Origin: Sporopachydermia quercuum
Taxonomy: Eukaryota
Length of the DNA: 64,000 nucleotides
Direction: 5' to 3'
Assembly: GCA_001599295.1 (NCBI GenBank)
Contig: BCGN01000001.1
Location: 2,232,001 to 2,296,000 of the forward strand
In this document: positions 1 to 11,052 of the stretch, one piece after another
Layout: each line of letters starts with the position of its first letter
How positions within the stretch are numbered: position 1 is the first letter of the stretch
Notes under the pieces: generated by a model
Database searches by the model: none
Seen by the model: only the letters and a program-made list of their open reading frames with translations
What the model was told of the DNA's origin: nothing
Translations under genes and position numbers: made by a program

Positions 1-318
1 ACGTCTAAATTACAATTTAGAAAAATTATCCATAATTCACTCCGTTTGAAATATTTATTGATAGAATTATATCTGTCTGACTGTTTAACTGCAGATAGCA
101 AGGATGACTCAATGTAAGGTCCAGACTGAGAAAGTTTATAGTCATATGCAACTTTATGCAACAACTTAAACCACTTCCTAATTCTTCATGTAGGGGTAAT
201 GCATGCCAGGCGGCAGAATATCTCTAAAGGGTGAACTCTTATCTTCATAATAGTCTCAATCCAACCTTAAGAAAGCCTATCATATCATACCAGGAACTTT
301 AAGTAGACTTAACAGCTG

Positions 319-326
319 TATAAATA
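319..326 (+). promoter_or_regulatory. TATA box upstream of metallothionein ORF
   Basis: TATAAATA 180 bp upstream of the ATG at 499. Confidence 0.5.
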
Positions 327-498
327 CCTAGAATATCGCTTGTATTGTGACCTCTTTATAGCTTAAATTCATAACAGATACTGATATTTTAAGTAGATAG
401 ATAGTCCGTTCTCTAACTTATAGTTTAAACACATAAATTCAACTGAAAGTACAAACAAAACAGTGTCTCTAAATCGAACAATTACAATACTTATCATA

Positions 499-636
499 AT
501 GGAACCCACAACTGCCCCAACTACTGCATCTGCTACTTCTTCTTCTACTTCCTCTGAAGGATCATGCTGTGGAAGCAGATGCCAGTGTGGAACCAATTGC
601 TCTTGCTGTGCTCCTTCCTGCAACACTACTAAGTAA
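499..636 (+). CDS. Small Cys-rich metallothionein (45 aa), absent from ORF track
   Basis: Manual translation MEPTTAPTTASATSSSTSSEGSCCGSRCQCGTNCSCCAPSCNTTK*: 8 Cys in CC/CxC motifs, no aromatic residues, A at -3, upstream TATA. Confidence 0.85.
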   Translation: MEPTTAPTTASATSSSTSSEGSCCGSRCQCGTNCSCCAPSCNTTK

Positions 637-1092
637 GTTAAATTGATTCTCTTAGCTCATCGCGTTCTACATTTAGAGTAGAGCTTTCGGGGTTTTTGAT
701 ATACTAATATATATCTAGGTTGTAAATATGACTATACAACATAAATTTGACTGGATCTTGGGAAGGGTATATAATATAAAGATGGGGAGCTAGCCTCTCA
801 AATAATGAAATATCGATTAAATTTGCCAAAAGAGCTACCATGTAGTTTGTAGATGATCCCGAAGCAATGCTTCATGTTAAGCCAGCAAGAACATCATAAA
901 GCTATTAATGATGTCAAACAAATTACTAATAATAATGGTAATACAAAAATTCCTATTGATTAGTTTTGATTTGTTTACTCAAACTATATACTATGGCAAA
1001 CCAGCCTATTTACGATCAGAAGTTCCACTTGTTCAATCATCAAAAACCTATTCCATTATTACCAAAGTGGTCTCAATATATAAAGTTGTTAT

Positions 1093-2580
1093 TTACAATT
1101 TGGCACGAGGAGACAATTGAAGCACAGCTTTTCTCAATCTAGCAGACAAATCATCATTAACCTTAGCAAACATTTCAAAACATTTGTCTTGTATTTCGGG
1201 TCTTGCTCCAGAAATACTTCCAGCCAAGTTCTTGATCAAGTTCTCCTGACCTTTAGGATATCTAGCCAATACATGCCAAAGATCATTTGGTTGCTTATAA
1301 TCACCATCAGGAACTGATGCCATCCAGTGGTAAGAAGTGGCAGCTCCAACCCACGTTTCATGTGATTCAGCAGTTTGCAAATCCTTCCTGAAAATAGTAG
1401 GAGTAGAATATGAAGCATAATAGTTTGGCTCAGCACCATAGTTACCATTAACAACCATCGCACCATCTCTTTGATAAGGATTCCAAACCTTATTTGGTGC
1501 ATTTACTGGAATTTGCTTGTAATTAACACCCAATCTATATCTTTGGGTATCAGGATAAGAAAACAAACGTGATTGTAAAACAGGATCAGCAGATGGTTCT
1601 TGACCTGGAACAGTATGAGAAGGAGAAAATGCTGCCTGTTCAACTTCAGCAAAATAGTTCTTTGGGTTTTCATTCAAAACAAGCTTACCAAATCTTCTCA
1701 ATGGGAAATCCTTGTGTGGCCAAACTTTGGTTAGATCAAAAACAGAGAATGGAAGCTTCTCCGCTTGTTCAGCAGTCATATACTGAAGATAGACGGTCCA
1801 TGAAGGATACTCTTTTCTTTCAATAGCTTCAAATAAATCTTGTTGAGCATGATCTGGATTTTCACCAGACAACTTAGTAGATTGAGTTTGATCCATGGTT
1901 TCAAAACCGAGATCAGAAATCAAGTGAACTTGAACGTAGTACCATTCACCTTTTTTGTTATACCACTTGTATGTATGACCGGAGTAACCATGCATATGTC
2001 TATAATCCTTTGGAGTACCTCTATCAGAGAACAATTGAATGATTTGATGTAATGCTTCTTGGTTACGAGTCCAGTAATCCCAGACCATATTAGGATCTTT
2101 CAAGTTGGTTTCAGGATTCCGTTTCTGAGTATGAATGAAATGAGGGAACTTCGATGGATCTCTAATGAAAAAGACTGGGGTATTGTTATAAACCCAGTCA
2201 AGGTTACCTTCTTCAGTGTAGAATTTAGTAGAGAAACCTCTAGGATCTCTAGCAGCATCTGCTGAACCTTTTTCTCCACCGACGGTAGAAAATCTTGTGA
2301 AAGTACGAGTTTTCTGTCCAACTTTTTCAAGGAACTTAGAACAGCAGATATCAGTGATATCGTCGGTTACCTCAAAGTAACCGTAAGCTCCTGAACCCTT
2401 AGCATGAACAACTCTTTCTGGAATTCTCTCTCTGTCAAAATGAGAGAGTGAGTCAATTAGGTGAAAATCTTGTAATAAAAGAGGTCCTCTTTCTCCAATT
2501 CTTTGTGTCTCAAAAGGATCCCTAATAGGTTGACCTGTTGAGGTGGTGTAAACCTGTGGTGTTTTCTTGTCGTTGCCCAT
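1093..2580 (-). CDS. CTA1: Peroxisomal heme catalase
   Basis: FDRERIPERVVHAKG active-site motif, RLFSYPDT proximal heme-Tyr motif, C-terminal PTS1 -AKL. Confidence 0.97.
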   Translation of the reverse strand: MGNDKKTPQVYTTSTGQPIRDPFETQRIGERGPLLLQDFHLIDSLSHFDRERIPERVVHAKGSGAYGYFEVTDDITDICCSKFLEKVGQKTRTFTRFSTVGGEKGSADAARDPRGFSTKFYTEEGNLDWVYNNTPVFFIRDPSKFPHFIHTQKRNPETNLKDPNMVWDYWTRNQEALHQIIQLFSDRGTPKDYRHMHGYSGHTYKWYNKKGEWYYVQVHLISDLGFETMDQTQSTKLSGENPDHAQQDLFEAIERKEYPSWTVYLQYMTAEQAEKLPFSVFDLTKVWPHKDFPLRRFGKLVLNENPKNYFAEVEQAAFSPSHTVPGQEPSADPVLQSRLFSYPDTQRYRLGVNYKQIPVNAPNKVWNPYQRDGAMVVNGNYGAEPNYYASYSTPTIFRKDLQTAESHETWVGAATSYHWMASVPDGDYKQPNDLWHVLARYPKGQENLIKNLAGSISGARPEIQDKCFEMFAKVNDDLSARLRKAVLQLSPRAKL

Positions 2581-4914
2581 CTTGCCTCAAGAGTATTTTC
2601 AAACAGCTATTAGAATCACACGATTACAGCGTCTGAATTCAATTATTTGAATATAATCAAACACTTAGAAATGCTACTATCTTATCGAACAACCAAATAG
2701 ATAATATACACTACCAAGAAATAACCACACATCTGAAGCCAATGACAAGAGCCAGAAAGGCACTTCACATAATCATTCAGCAACTCCATTTATATATATA
2801 CGAAAAGCTAAACAAACACCATTTCTATTTATTTCCTTTTCCATCAATACCTCGCTTCCTACCTTTTCTTTCTAATTTTTATCAATTCATGCTGACTATA
2901 CATAAGACAATATCCCCCATATTCGATGATTCCAAGCGTTTAAGATTAAAGTGAAATTTCAGATTGGGGTGACTCTTGTACGGAAGGGATTTTTTAAATT
3001 AGAGTTTATTGTTGAGTGATAAATGAGAGTGATTATATATGTGATACTGCTTGAGAGAAAGAATGCTAGAAATACTGAAGCAAGAGCAGTTAAATTGACT
3101 TGAATGGTTAATCATAAAAAATGGGATACAATATATTGTATGTTTACTCTAGATAATGCAAATGAGTCTGACTGATAAAACAGAGAAGGTCGAATTGCTA
3201 AGGGCAAATTTGATACAAAACTAAGCTTTGAGATTGTATGCAATATTTCTGCATTTAAATGCACAAAGACGTGACAAAAACCTGTAGGACTCTCAAAGAG
3301 CAAAACCTCTGAAGGTTCATTGCTATTGATTACAAAGAATGCAAACAATTCTTCGTAAATGAATTTTATTTATAACAAAAGAAAAGGATTAAATCAATTA
3401 TTATGCTTTCTATCTTTGTATTGAACTGTCTATAAAGCAATAATGCGTTGCAAAATGTAGCCATAACTAGCCATCTNAATTTATTGTTGACATTTCTGAT
3501 GACGTACTATCGGATAACCATTCCTTTCCCCAGCATCTTACATTGAGTTCTATTATTCTACTCTTTTGATACAATTGAAAAGCGAACATAATAATTATTA
3601 GGGCTAGAATTCGATCACTTATTAATTCTGCAATGAAGGCAAAGATCAGTAACAGTAGTTAGGGCTACAACAATTATTTAACTAAAATACAAGACGTTAC
3701 AATTGGTGCATCAGGAAGAATAAAAAAAGGAGCAATAATCAAAAACTTCATTAGGTAAGCAATTTATTGTCTAGGGCTTTACAGAAGTTTTCAGTTTCAA
3801 TGTAATCAATCAACTGTGTTTCTCTATCGACATATCTCCACATTCCTTTTTTTCTTTCACATGTGATTGATCACTGTCTAGTTATCATAATGGCAATGGT
3901 TTATTGCTTATTTCCATTTTACATTGTACAGTATTGCAATATTGTTTTATATTAACCCTTAAGAAGATATCTTAGCACCCAAGTGGGAGGGACCATACAA
4001 AAGGAAAAAGAAAAGAATATACACCCATTCAATCTACATATGTTTTCCTCCTTTTATACTATACAATCACATTTTACATACCATTTGACATACATACATT
4101 CATACATATATATATCTTCAATCTATCACAATCTATTTGATCTATTCGTCAAAGAAACCAGTCTCCTTCGACAATTCTATCTCTTACCCATCCAATCATA
4201 ACTATCTCATAACTAATCAGGATCAAAATCATATGCATTTTTCTGCAACCCTTCTTTGTTCCTTACGTACATTCATAACGGTAATCCGTTTACGATTTCC
4301 TGATAAGAGAGTCGGATTTAGCCGCTGCAGTGGTTGCAGAATTTTCATGAAAGACTTTACTGGGTTTGAATGAAAAATGGTGGGCCCATAATGGACGTTG
4401 TGGGCGAAATCAAATAGCAGAGAGAAAGAGAGATTGGAGGTTTTAGAGAAGAAATTGTAGAAAATGGCAAAGAAATGCGAGGATGATGAACAAGGCGAGA
4501 TGTTATTATGTCTGTATAGCATAGGCTAGAATATTGGAGAGAGGTAGATAGAATGATTTATAAGGTAGGGCAGTCAGCAATCATTAGAAATGATTGATAG
4601 AATAAGTGCCTAATTTGAGTTTAATTCGATCGATCATATTAACTTGTATATTGATATTTGAGTCTTGATCAATGCGTTACGTTTAAAATAATGGTTTCAG
4701 TATGTGAATAGTGTGGAACTAAATACTGTTTGATTATTAGATCATTTAATATAATCGTGAATGGATAGTTTATTGATACTAGATTACTAGTAGTAATTAT
4801 TGATTATATCTTGTTTCACTACGTAAATCAATCTCTGGACTGTATCAACCTGTTTTTTATTCTATTTTCTTTCGATTTAATCAATGAATTAATGTCAATT
4901 GTTAATTATTGCAC

Positions 4915-7900
4915 TCAGTCTTGTTTACTTATAAAGTAATCAATAAGACGACGTTGTGGTAAAGACAGTTCATTCACAACACCAGTTATAATTTGATCTT
5001 GTGACTGGTATGTTGATTGACNACTTCTAATCGTTTTCATCATTTCAACAATAATTCCAATGGTTGATTTGCGGATGCTAGCATTTCTACAATTCACATT
5101 AGCAATTATGATCTGGCTCAGCTTGTTCACGTTATCCACGCTCAACCCTAATTCGGAGTTACTTTCTGTTCCATCCTGCGATAGATTCACACATAATCTT
5201 ATAGTATCCAATTCAAACCCACAGTCTTCCTTTGAAATACCTGACTGATCGTCAGATAGCTGTGCTAGATAATCGTCCAAACATATCTTCAAAACTACGC
5301 TAGAGCCTAATGCATTAATGAGGTCGTATCGCAATTCATTCATTGCCATGTATAAGATCGATTTTGGTTGGATTCTGAACTTCTGATTCATCTTCTGAAT
5401 GAGCTTCCAAATACTGTTTTCAACGCCAACAAAGCTTTGAGCTTGATGCTTTAGTAATTCATCTACCAGCATAATTCCGCGACTAATCTCTTCGCTAGTT
5501 GGTAAAGTGTCAAAGCCAGAAAGATAGCCCAAAACACATAATTGCACTTTGGTGATTGTTTGTTTGTCTGATAGGTTTCTGATAGCAATGAACAATGATT
5601 TGAAATCTTTACTGTTGATGGTTTGAGTGCTAAGCTTTTCTAGTAATAATTCAAGCTCAGAGGAGTCGTTCCTGAATGTATCATTATTGATTTCCTTATA
5701 TTCGTATATTTCCATTCTTCGTAGTTCCAGTTCATACCAACTAATGTTTGGTCTCACCCGTCCTAACGATTTCTTGAAGGTAGAAGATGTTTTGGATAAA
5801 CTGGAAATACTATTGCCCTGTGATTTGAGGGAAATTTTAGGTGTATTCGATACTGAATTGGTTGATAGTTCACCAAGTATTTTCCTCGGGACTGAAGAAG
5901 GAGCTACTTTGTTAATCTCTTGCAACTGTTTGAACTGAGAAATAGTATTAGTTTTCTGTTGACTAGGCTGCAAATCTAATACTTGTGTTATGGTTGACTT
6001 CGGTTGCAACGATGCCGGATTAATCGTTTTGCTGTGGAATCTGGGTGATTGATAATTAGTGAGTGGTTCGCCAGAATAATCGTTTCTTGGTTCTCCAGGT
6101 TTTGATGGAGTAGCAGACGTTTCAAATCTAGGGCTTTCATCAAACTGACGCGAAGGTGATACTGATGTTTGTATAGGATCGGCAGGCTTAGCGAAGGATT
6201 GTTGCTCACTATTATCACCAACCATAGGTAGCCTGATTTCTTTGTCTGTTTCAATGTTTTCAGAATTTGGATGGGACTCAAAAAATTCACCCAACATATC
6301 CACATCTTCTGTAGTACTGGGATTCTTGGTATCAGATCCTATGTTCTCATCTCCAGCCTTTACAACTGGCTCTGCATTTGATAATTCATCCATTTCTATA
6401 TCCTCAGCAGATTGAGCTTCAGCCTCATTCCTGTTCTCATTTTCAACGGACATATTCTTTATGTCGTTTGATACTGTTACTATCTCTTCACGTAGTTTGC
6501 TATCAATCATTTCTTCGACTTCATTCTCAATAGTTTTACCCATAGATCTCACTTTGGAAGCAAACATACCAGGATTTGCTTCGTTATATCGTTTAAGCAG
6601 GTTTCCTAATAGCAACATAGTTTCATCATCGCATACTTTGGAGAATTCAATACCGTTGACAACAATTTCTAATCCGTAGTCTAAATTATCCTTATTGATG
6701 ATTTTCTCCTCTTCGTTATAATTATTGAAGATCAATTCTATCCATTTCAAACAGGTCTTGAATGTTTTGTTCTTAATATACCGCGAGAAATTTCTTAGAA
6801 CAGCTAAACCTGAACCAAGACTTGAAAGGTCATCCTCTCTACTTGAGAGGTTGAGGCTACTTAATGCTTGAATGGACTTCAGAATACAGGAAAACACTGT
6901 TCTCAGTTGTTGTTTACGGTTGACTTCATTATTGGTTTCGTTGACCACACCAAGCATTCTTATAAATAGGATATGCACATGTGGTTGTTGTAATATCAGG
7001 ATAAGAACCATTGATTCCAAAGAAATGAACTTCATCAAGTTTTCAGCAATTCCCATTTGCAAGAGGTTCAATAAACCAGGTTTATCGTTAAGTTGGATGA
7101 TTCTAATTAGATACTCTGCAAGTTTATCTTTGTTGGGAAGTGACAGGTTATTACATTGGTATTCATTGTTGATAAAGTTACCTTTCAGAACATCAATAAG
7201 ACATTTTACACCAATTTCTCTGAGGCTAGAATCATCGCTTGATAGAAGATCAACAAGAGAGTATTCCTTCGGAGATGCAGCAGTTTCCTGAGGTTTGATT
7301 TGCTCTTCGAAAGCTGATACAATGGTTTGTACACTGGATTTGATACGGACAGGTTCTGCATTATCACTTTGGTCAGCGTCTTGTTTACCTTTTGAGCCCC
7401 TCTCAATTACTGAATCCGTACGTTCCCTATTATCAATATCAATAGTTTCCGGTTTATTCTCATATTCATTTTTGACGGGTTCTTCTATTTCAGTTTGTGT
7501 ATCACCGATCGTTGTTGTTGTCGGTGTTGCTTCATTAATGACGGCAGATCTTCCTGTTTTTAAGGGAAACACGTCTGGAATCCGACGTTCATTATCACTG
7601 TCTTTGAATGGGGTCTCCAAAAATGGGATAAGACCTTTTTCTNAATTGCCAAACTCTACAGATGAATTATTTGCACGATTAACAAATGGAGTAGTAGGCT
7701 GAAACATTGTGGCAGACGAGGAAACTGTTCTAGGGTTCCTTTTGGCTGAGAAAGGGCCATTTAGGTCATCATGGCCATGGCCAGCATGGCTGGCCCCAAA
7801 ATCGTTATCAAAGTTAAGATTACTATTCAGTCGATAGCTTCTAACGTTATTAGGACCTGATACAGATCTACCAGACCTAGCAGAATCAGGTTTGTTGCTG

Positions 7901-9657
7901 GCAGAGTTCGTAGTTCTAGCTGCTCCTTTACGAAACTGGCTATTGGGTTTTCCTAGTGTTGGTTGATTGACAATAGAGATATTCAATGCTACATCCGAAG
8001 GTTTGGTTTTCAACAGAGTTTTCTTGGCCACAGCGTCAATCTTCTTTTCTAAAAGCTCACCTAACTGTTTGGGCCAAATGTCATATAATATCCAGAAGGA
8101 TTCTCTCATTGTTTCACGAACTCCAGGATTGGCATCAGAAAGCCCTTTAGTAATACATTTGGTTATTATCTCAATCCCACCAGATGATTCAATCTGACTC
8201 ATAGTAGCAGGATTATTCTGATGTGTTAATGCTATTATACTAAACCATGTTGCACAGTAAAATCGTGGCTGAATGTTCTTATCTTGATATATAGTGTGAA
8301 TTTGGTTCAAAGTACGATAGTGGTAAGAAGTGTTAGCTAATAATGAGCATATGGCAATATTGGCCATATTCGACGCGATTTTCTTAGTTGCTGCTGTTAT
8401 TTTTAACAGAGCAGTCATGAAAGCATCAACAAGAGAATCAATCTTGGTTCCTAGGATTATTCCTGCTTCTTTCACCAATTGACATCCATGATTGCAAAGA
8501 GATGTTCTTAATGATGTTATACCTTTATTAATACCTTCAGCCATTACTTTAAGCACTTGCAAGATGTCGTGTGGGAATTTAGATACGGCATTTCCTCTTA
8601 AAATACTTCTAATCTTAACTATAGCCTTCTCACGATTGTTCCAGTTGAATTCTGTTTCTTTTCCTTGAAAACAAGGTAACACAGACTCGACCATTTCGTC
8701 TAATTGGCTTCTAGAGGTTATATTTTCAGCCTTTATAGTATCTAATTCGTAGTTCTTCAGCTTATCAAGAACTACTCTAATAGACTTCTTTGGCCGTGGT
8801 GGCTCAGGAGGGATCTGGGTTGGCAACCCTGATGGTGCACCCAGATTGGTATTGACAGTCAATGTAGGTTTACTATCAAATTTAGTTGGTTCAGCATCAT
8901 TTCTGTTAGATTTCAAGCCATCGCTGTTGGCTTGTTCTCTCTCATTGGTAGCACTAAATGGATCGCTTGTTGAGATATCATCACCAGACACTTTACTTAG
9001 AATTTCACTGACTAGAATTGGATTGACTTTCTGACGTTTTAATTCCCTTGAAAGATCNTTTTTGGCAGCAATTTTAGCTGTAGAAAAAAACTGAATCAAT
9101 AGACTCTTGGCTGCATCTTTCACTTTATTTTCTCGATCCCTCAACAAGTACACTATAGAAGCAGTGAACGATCTAAAGGCAAAATTAGGTGTCAATTCAA
9201 TAACACTTGAAAGCCAAAGAACGCATTCTAACCTAACCAGCATATCAGTGTAACTGANGCCAAAATCTCTAATTGCTTGTTCTACATCTGTTGGACAAGA
9301 AAACCAGTAGTCCTGTAGAGCTCTTTTGCATGTTGCTCTAACTGAATGTTTGGCATCGCCAAGTTTACTGATGAGAATTGGAAGGACGAAAGAAGCTGGC
9401 TCGTGTAAACATTGACCGTCTTGGATACTTACTCGTTTTATTAGATGGCAAATAGCAGAAAAGGAGGTTGAGCTGAGGGTCAAATCGTCCGAGAAAACCA
9501 CTACACCTAATGCTTCAAAGTAGCTGTTTATGTATGGCAAATGAACCAGATCGCGTTTCACGTGGCTTTTAAAACCAGCAACTGCAGCTTTCTGGGTTTC
9601 AATGTCTGTTTGATTTGTCAGGTTCTCTAACAAATATTGTGGTGATGTGTAGTCCAT
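4915..9657 (-). CDS. STU1: CLASP-family microtubule-associated protein
   Basis: TOG/CLASP_N-type sequence (FQGKETEFNWNNREKAIVKIRSILRGN, LRTSLCNHGCQLVKE) and C-terminal QRRLIDYFI; first in-frame ATG at 9657 (track start 9726 is a non-ATG codon). Confidence 0.88.
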   Translation of the reverse strand: MDYTSPQYLLENLTNQTDIETQKAAVAGFKSHVKRDLVHLPYINSYFEALGVVVFSDDLTLSSTSFSAICHLIKRVSIQDGQCLHEPASFVLPILISKLGDAKHSVRATCKRALQDYWFSCPTDVEQAIRDFGXSYTDMLVRLECVLWLSSVIELTPNFAFRSFTASIVYLLRDRENKVKDAAKSLLIQFFSTAKIAAKXDLSRELKRQKVNPILVSEILSKVSGDDISTSDPFSATNEREQANSDGLKSNRNDAEPTKFDSKPTLTVNTNLGAPSGLPTQIPPEPPRPKKSIRVVLDKLKNYELDTIKAENITSRSQLDEMVESVLPCFQGKETEFNWNNREKAIVKIRSILRGNAVSKFPHDILQVLKVMAEGINKGITSLRTSLCNHGCQLVKEAGIILGTKIDSLVDAFMTALLKITAATKKIASNMANIAICSLLANTSYHYRTLNQIHTIYQDKNIQPRFYCATWFSIIALTHQNNPATMSQIESSGGIEIITKCITKGLSDANPGVRETMRESFWILYDIWPKQLGELLEKKIDAVAKKTLLKTKPSDVALNISIVNQPTLGKPNSQFRKGAARTTNSASNKPDSARSGRSVSGPNNVRSYRLNSNLNFDNDFGASHAGHGHDDLNGPFSAKRNPRTVSSSATMFQPTTPFVNRANNSSVEFGNXEKGLIPFLETPFKDSDNERRIPDVFPLKTGRSAVINEATPTTTTIGDTQTEIEEPVKNEYENKPETIDIDNRERTDSVIERGSKGKQDADQSDNAEPVRIKSSVQTIVSAFEEQIKPQETAASPKEYSLVDLLSSDDSSLREIGVKCLIDVLKGNFINNEYQCNNLSLPNKDKLAEYLIRIIQLNDKPGLLNLLQMGIAENLMKFISLESMVLILILQQPHVHILFIRMLGVVNETNNEVNRKQQLRTVFSCILKSIQALSSLNLSSREDDLSSLGSGLAVLRNFSRYIKNKTFKTCLKWIELIFNNYNEEEKIINKDNLDYGLEIVVNGIEFSKVCDDETMLLLGNLLKRYNEANPGMFASKVRSMGKTIENEVEEMIDSKLREEIVTVSNDIKNMSVENENRNEAEAQSAEDIEMDELSNAEPVVKAGDENIGSDTKNPSTTEDVDMLGEFFESHPNSENIETDKEIRLPMVGDNSEQQSFAKPADPIQTSVSPSRQFDESPRFETSATPSKPGEPRNDYSGEPLTNYQSPRFHSKTINPASLQPKSTITQVLDLQPSQQKTNTISQFKQLQEINKVAPSSVPRKILGELSTNSVSNTPKISLKSQGNSISSLSKTSSTFKKSLGRVRPNISWYELELRRMEIYEYKEINNDTFRNDSSELELLLEKLSTQTINSKDFKSLFIAIRNLSDKQTITKVQLCVLGYLSGFDTLPTSEEISRGIMLVDELLKHQAQSFVGVENSIWKLIQKMNQKFRIQPKSILYMAMNELRYDLINALGSSVVLKICLDDYLAQLSDDQSGISKEDCGFELDTIRLCVNLSQDGTESNSELGLSVDNVNKLSQIIIANVNCRNASIRKSTIGIIVEMMKTIRSXQSTYQSQDQIITGVVNELSLPQRRLIDYFISKQD

Positions 9658-11052
9658 TTTGATGAGATAGAAATATCCTGTGTTGATACAAGGTCGAGTC
9701 GATGGTGATTCAAAGTTGTAGATCAAATTTCAATGAGTTAGTTGATCTTTAGACCAAGTTGATGTTTTTGAAACGAAACCGTTTTATGTATAATATCAAC
9801 GCTTTTAGTATTTCTAATCATACTACGGTTATTCTCGGATTAGCATAGATGTTAACATTCAGAAATTTGCTATCCAAGCTGGCAATTGTATACAATAGAT
9901 AATGCAGTGCTTTTTCTTAGTAAACAGGAAATACTTATAAGCTTTCTGCAACTTGTCTGTCTCAATCAACCGGAGNTCCGCACGCTAACTATGCAAGGCT
10001 CTTCAATCCAGTATTATCAATTATTATTTCCGTATTATAATGTCTTCTTTATTATTAAGCATAGCACTCTCACGACAAAGCCCCATTTTTTTGTAGCTTC
10101 ACAAAAATTCCTGCTTCACAAATATCATAACAATGAAGGTTTGTTTATTCGATATCCTAAACGGGTGGGTGGGCACTCTGGAGACGCCAATAAAACATTC
10201 AATCTTACGCCTTGTTATGGGACAATTGTAGCTTTCTTGATTATGTCAACGTCATTTGAACCAGAGCATGTGATAATAAGAATAGAATAATGTACAAAGA
10301 GATGAAAGTAAAGTGCTAATGTGCAGTAATGTAAATAATGCAAAAATGACATAACAAACAGAACGTAATGGGTAGATTCTTTTTCACCAAGTTATGTCGA
10401 AATAATAATCNTGTTGCTTATGTTGTAAGAGAAGTGTAAACAATTTATGTATTCTTACGATATCTATCCAGTTTGGTAATCATACCTTACAAAGACCAGA
10501 AGAAACTATTCTGCTACTATTCTGATACTCAGCCAACTCAACTATGAAAGGTTGCTCGACAATTGCGCAGGTTTGAAGGTTTGAGCTCTTGGTAATGATA
10601 AGAGATATCTGAATTCGTAGATCAATATGAGAAACGTATTGAAAAGATTACAATGCTTTGAAAAAGAAATTGTGGGCTATTGGTAGAAAGTAGAATGGAG
10701 ATTGTATTTGTTCATGATAGTTACTGAAGAAAAAAGCAGTTAGTGTAATAACTTAAAGACCATTATGCACGTTTTTGCTGAATAACTATATATAGTAAGG
10801 AAAGAGAGAAAGATAAACTAAGACATAATACTCTACCGTGATGTATGATGTATAGCNCATAGTACATAATGTATAGTGCAAAATGCTCGTAATAATTGAT
10901 AGGCAGCCCGCCTGATAGTCTAGNAGCTATCTAGTACAATTAATCAACCGGTTCTATAACGAGTGAATACTCGTGAATACTGCAAATTATACAGTCTATG
11001 CTAGTTATTAAGCAATATAATTGTTTCTTCCTTCTAGGTTTATTCCCCTCTT

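Noticed and set aside
369..626. 85-aa minus-strand ORF
   Set aside because: Antisense shadow of the metallothionein; non-ATG start
9886..10700. 134-aa ORF and possible small spliced exons upstream of STU1
   Set aside because: No recognisable homology, weak splice signals, non-ATG start
10963..10981. 9-bp direct repeat GTGAATACT with period 10
   Set aside because: No telomere-like composition or extensive surrounding structure; shows such repeats can arise by chance
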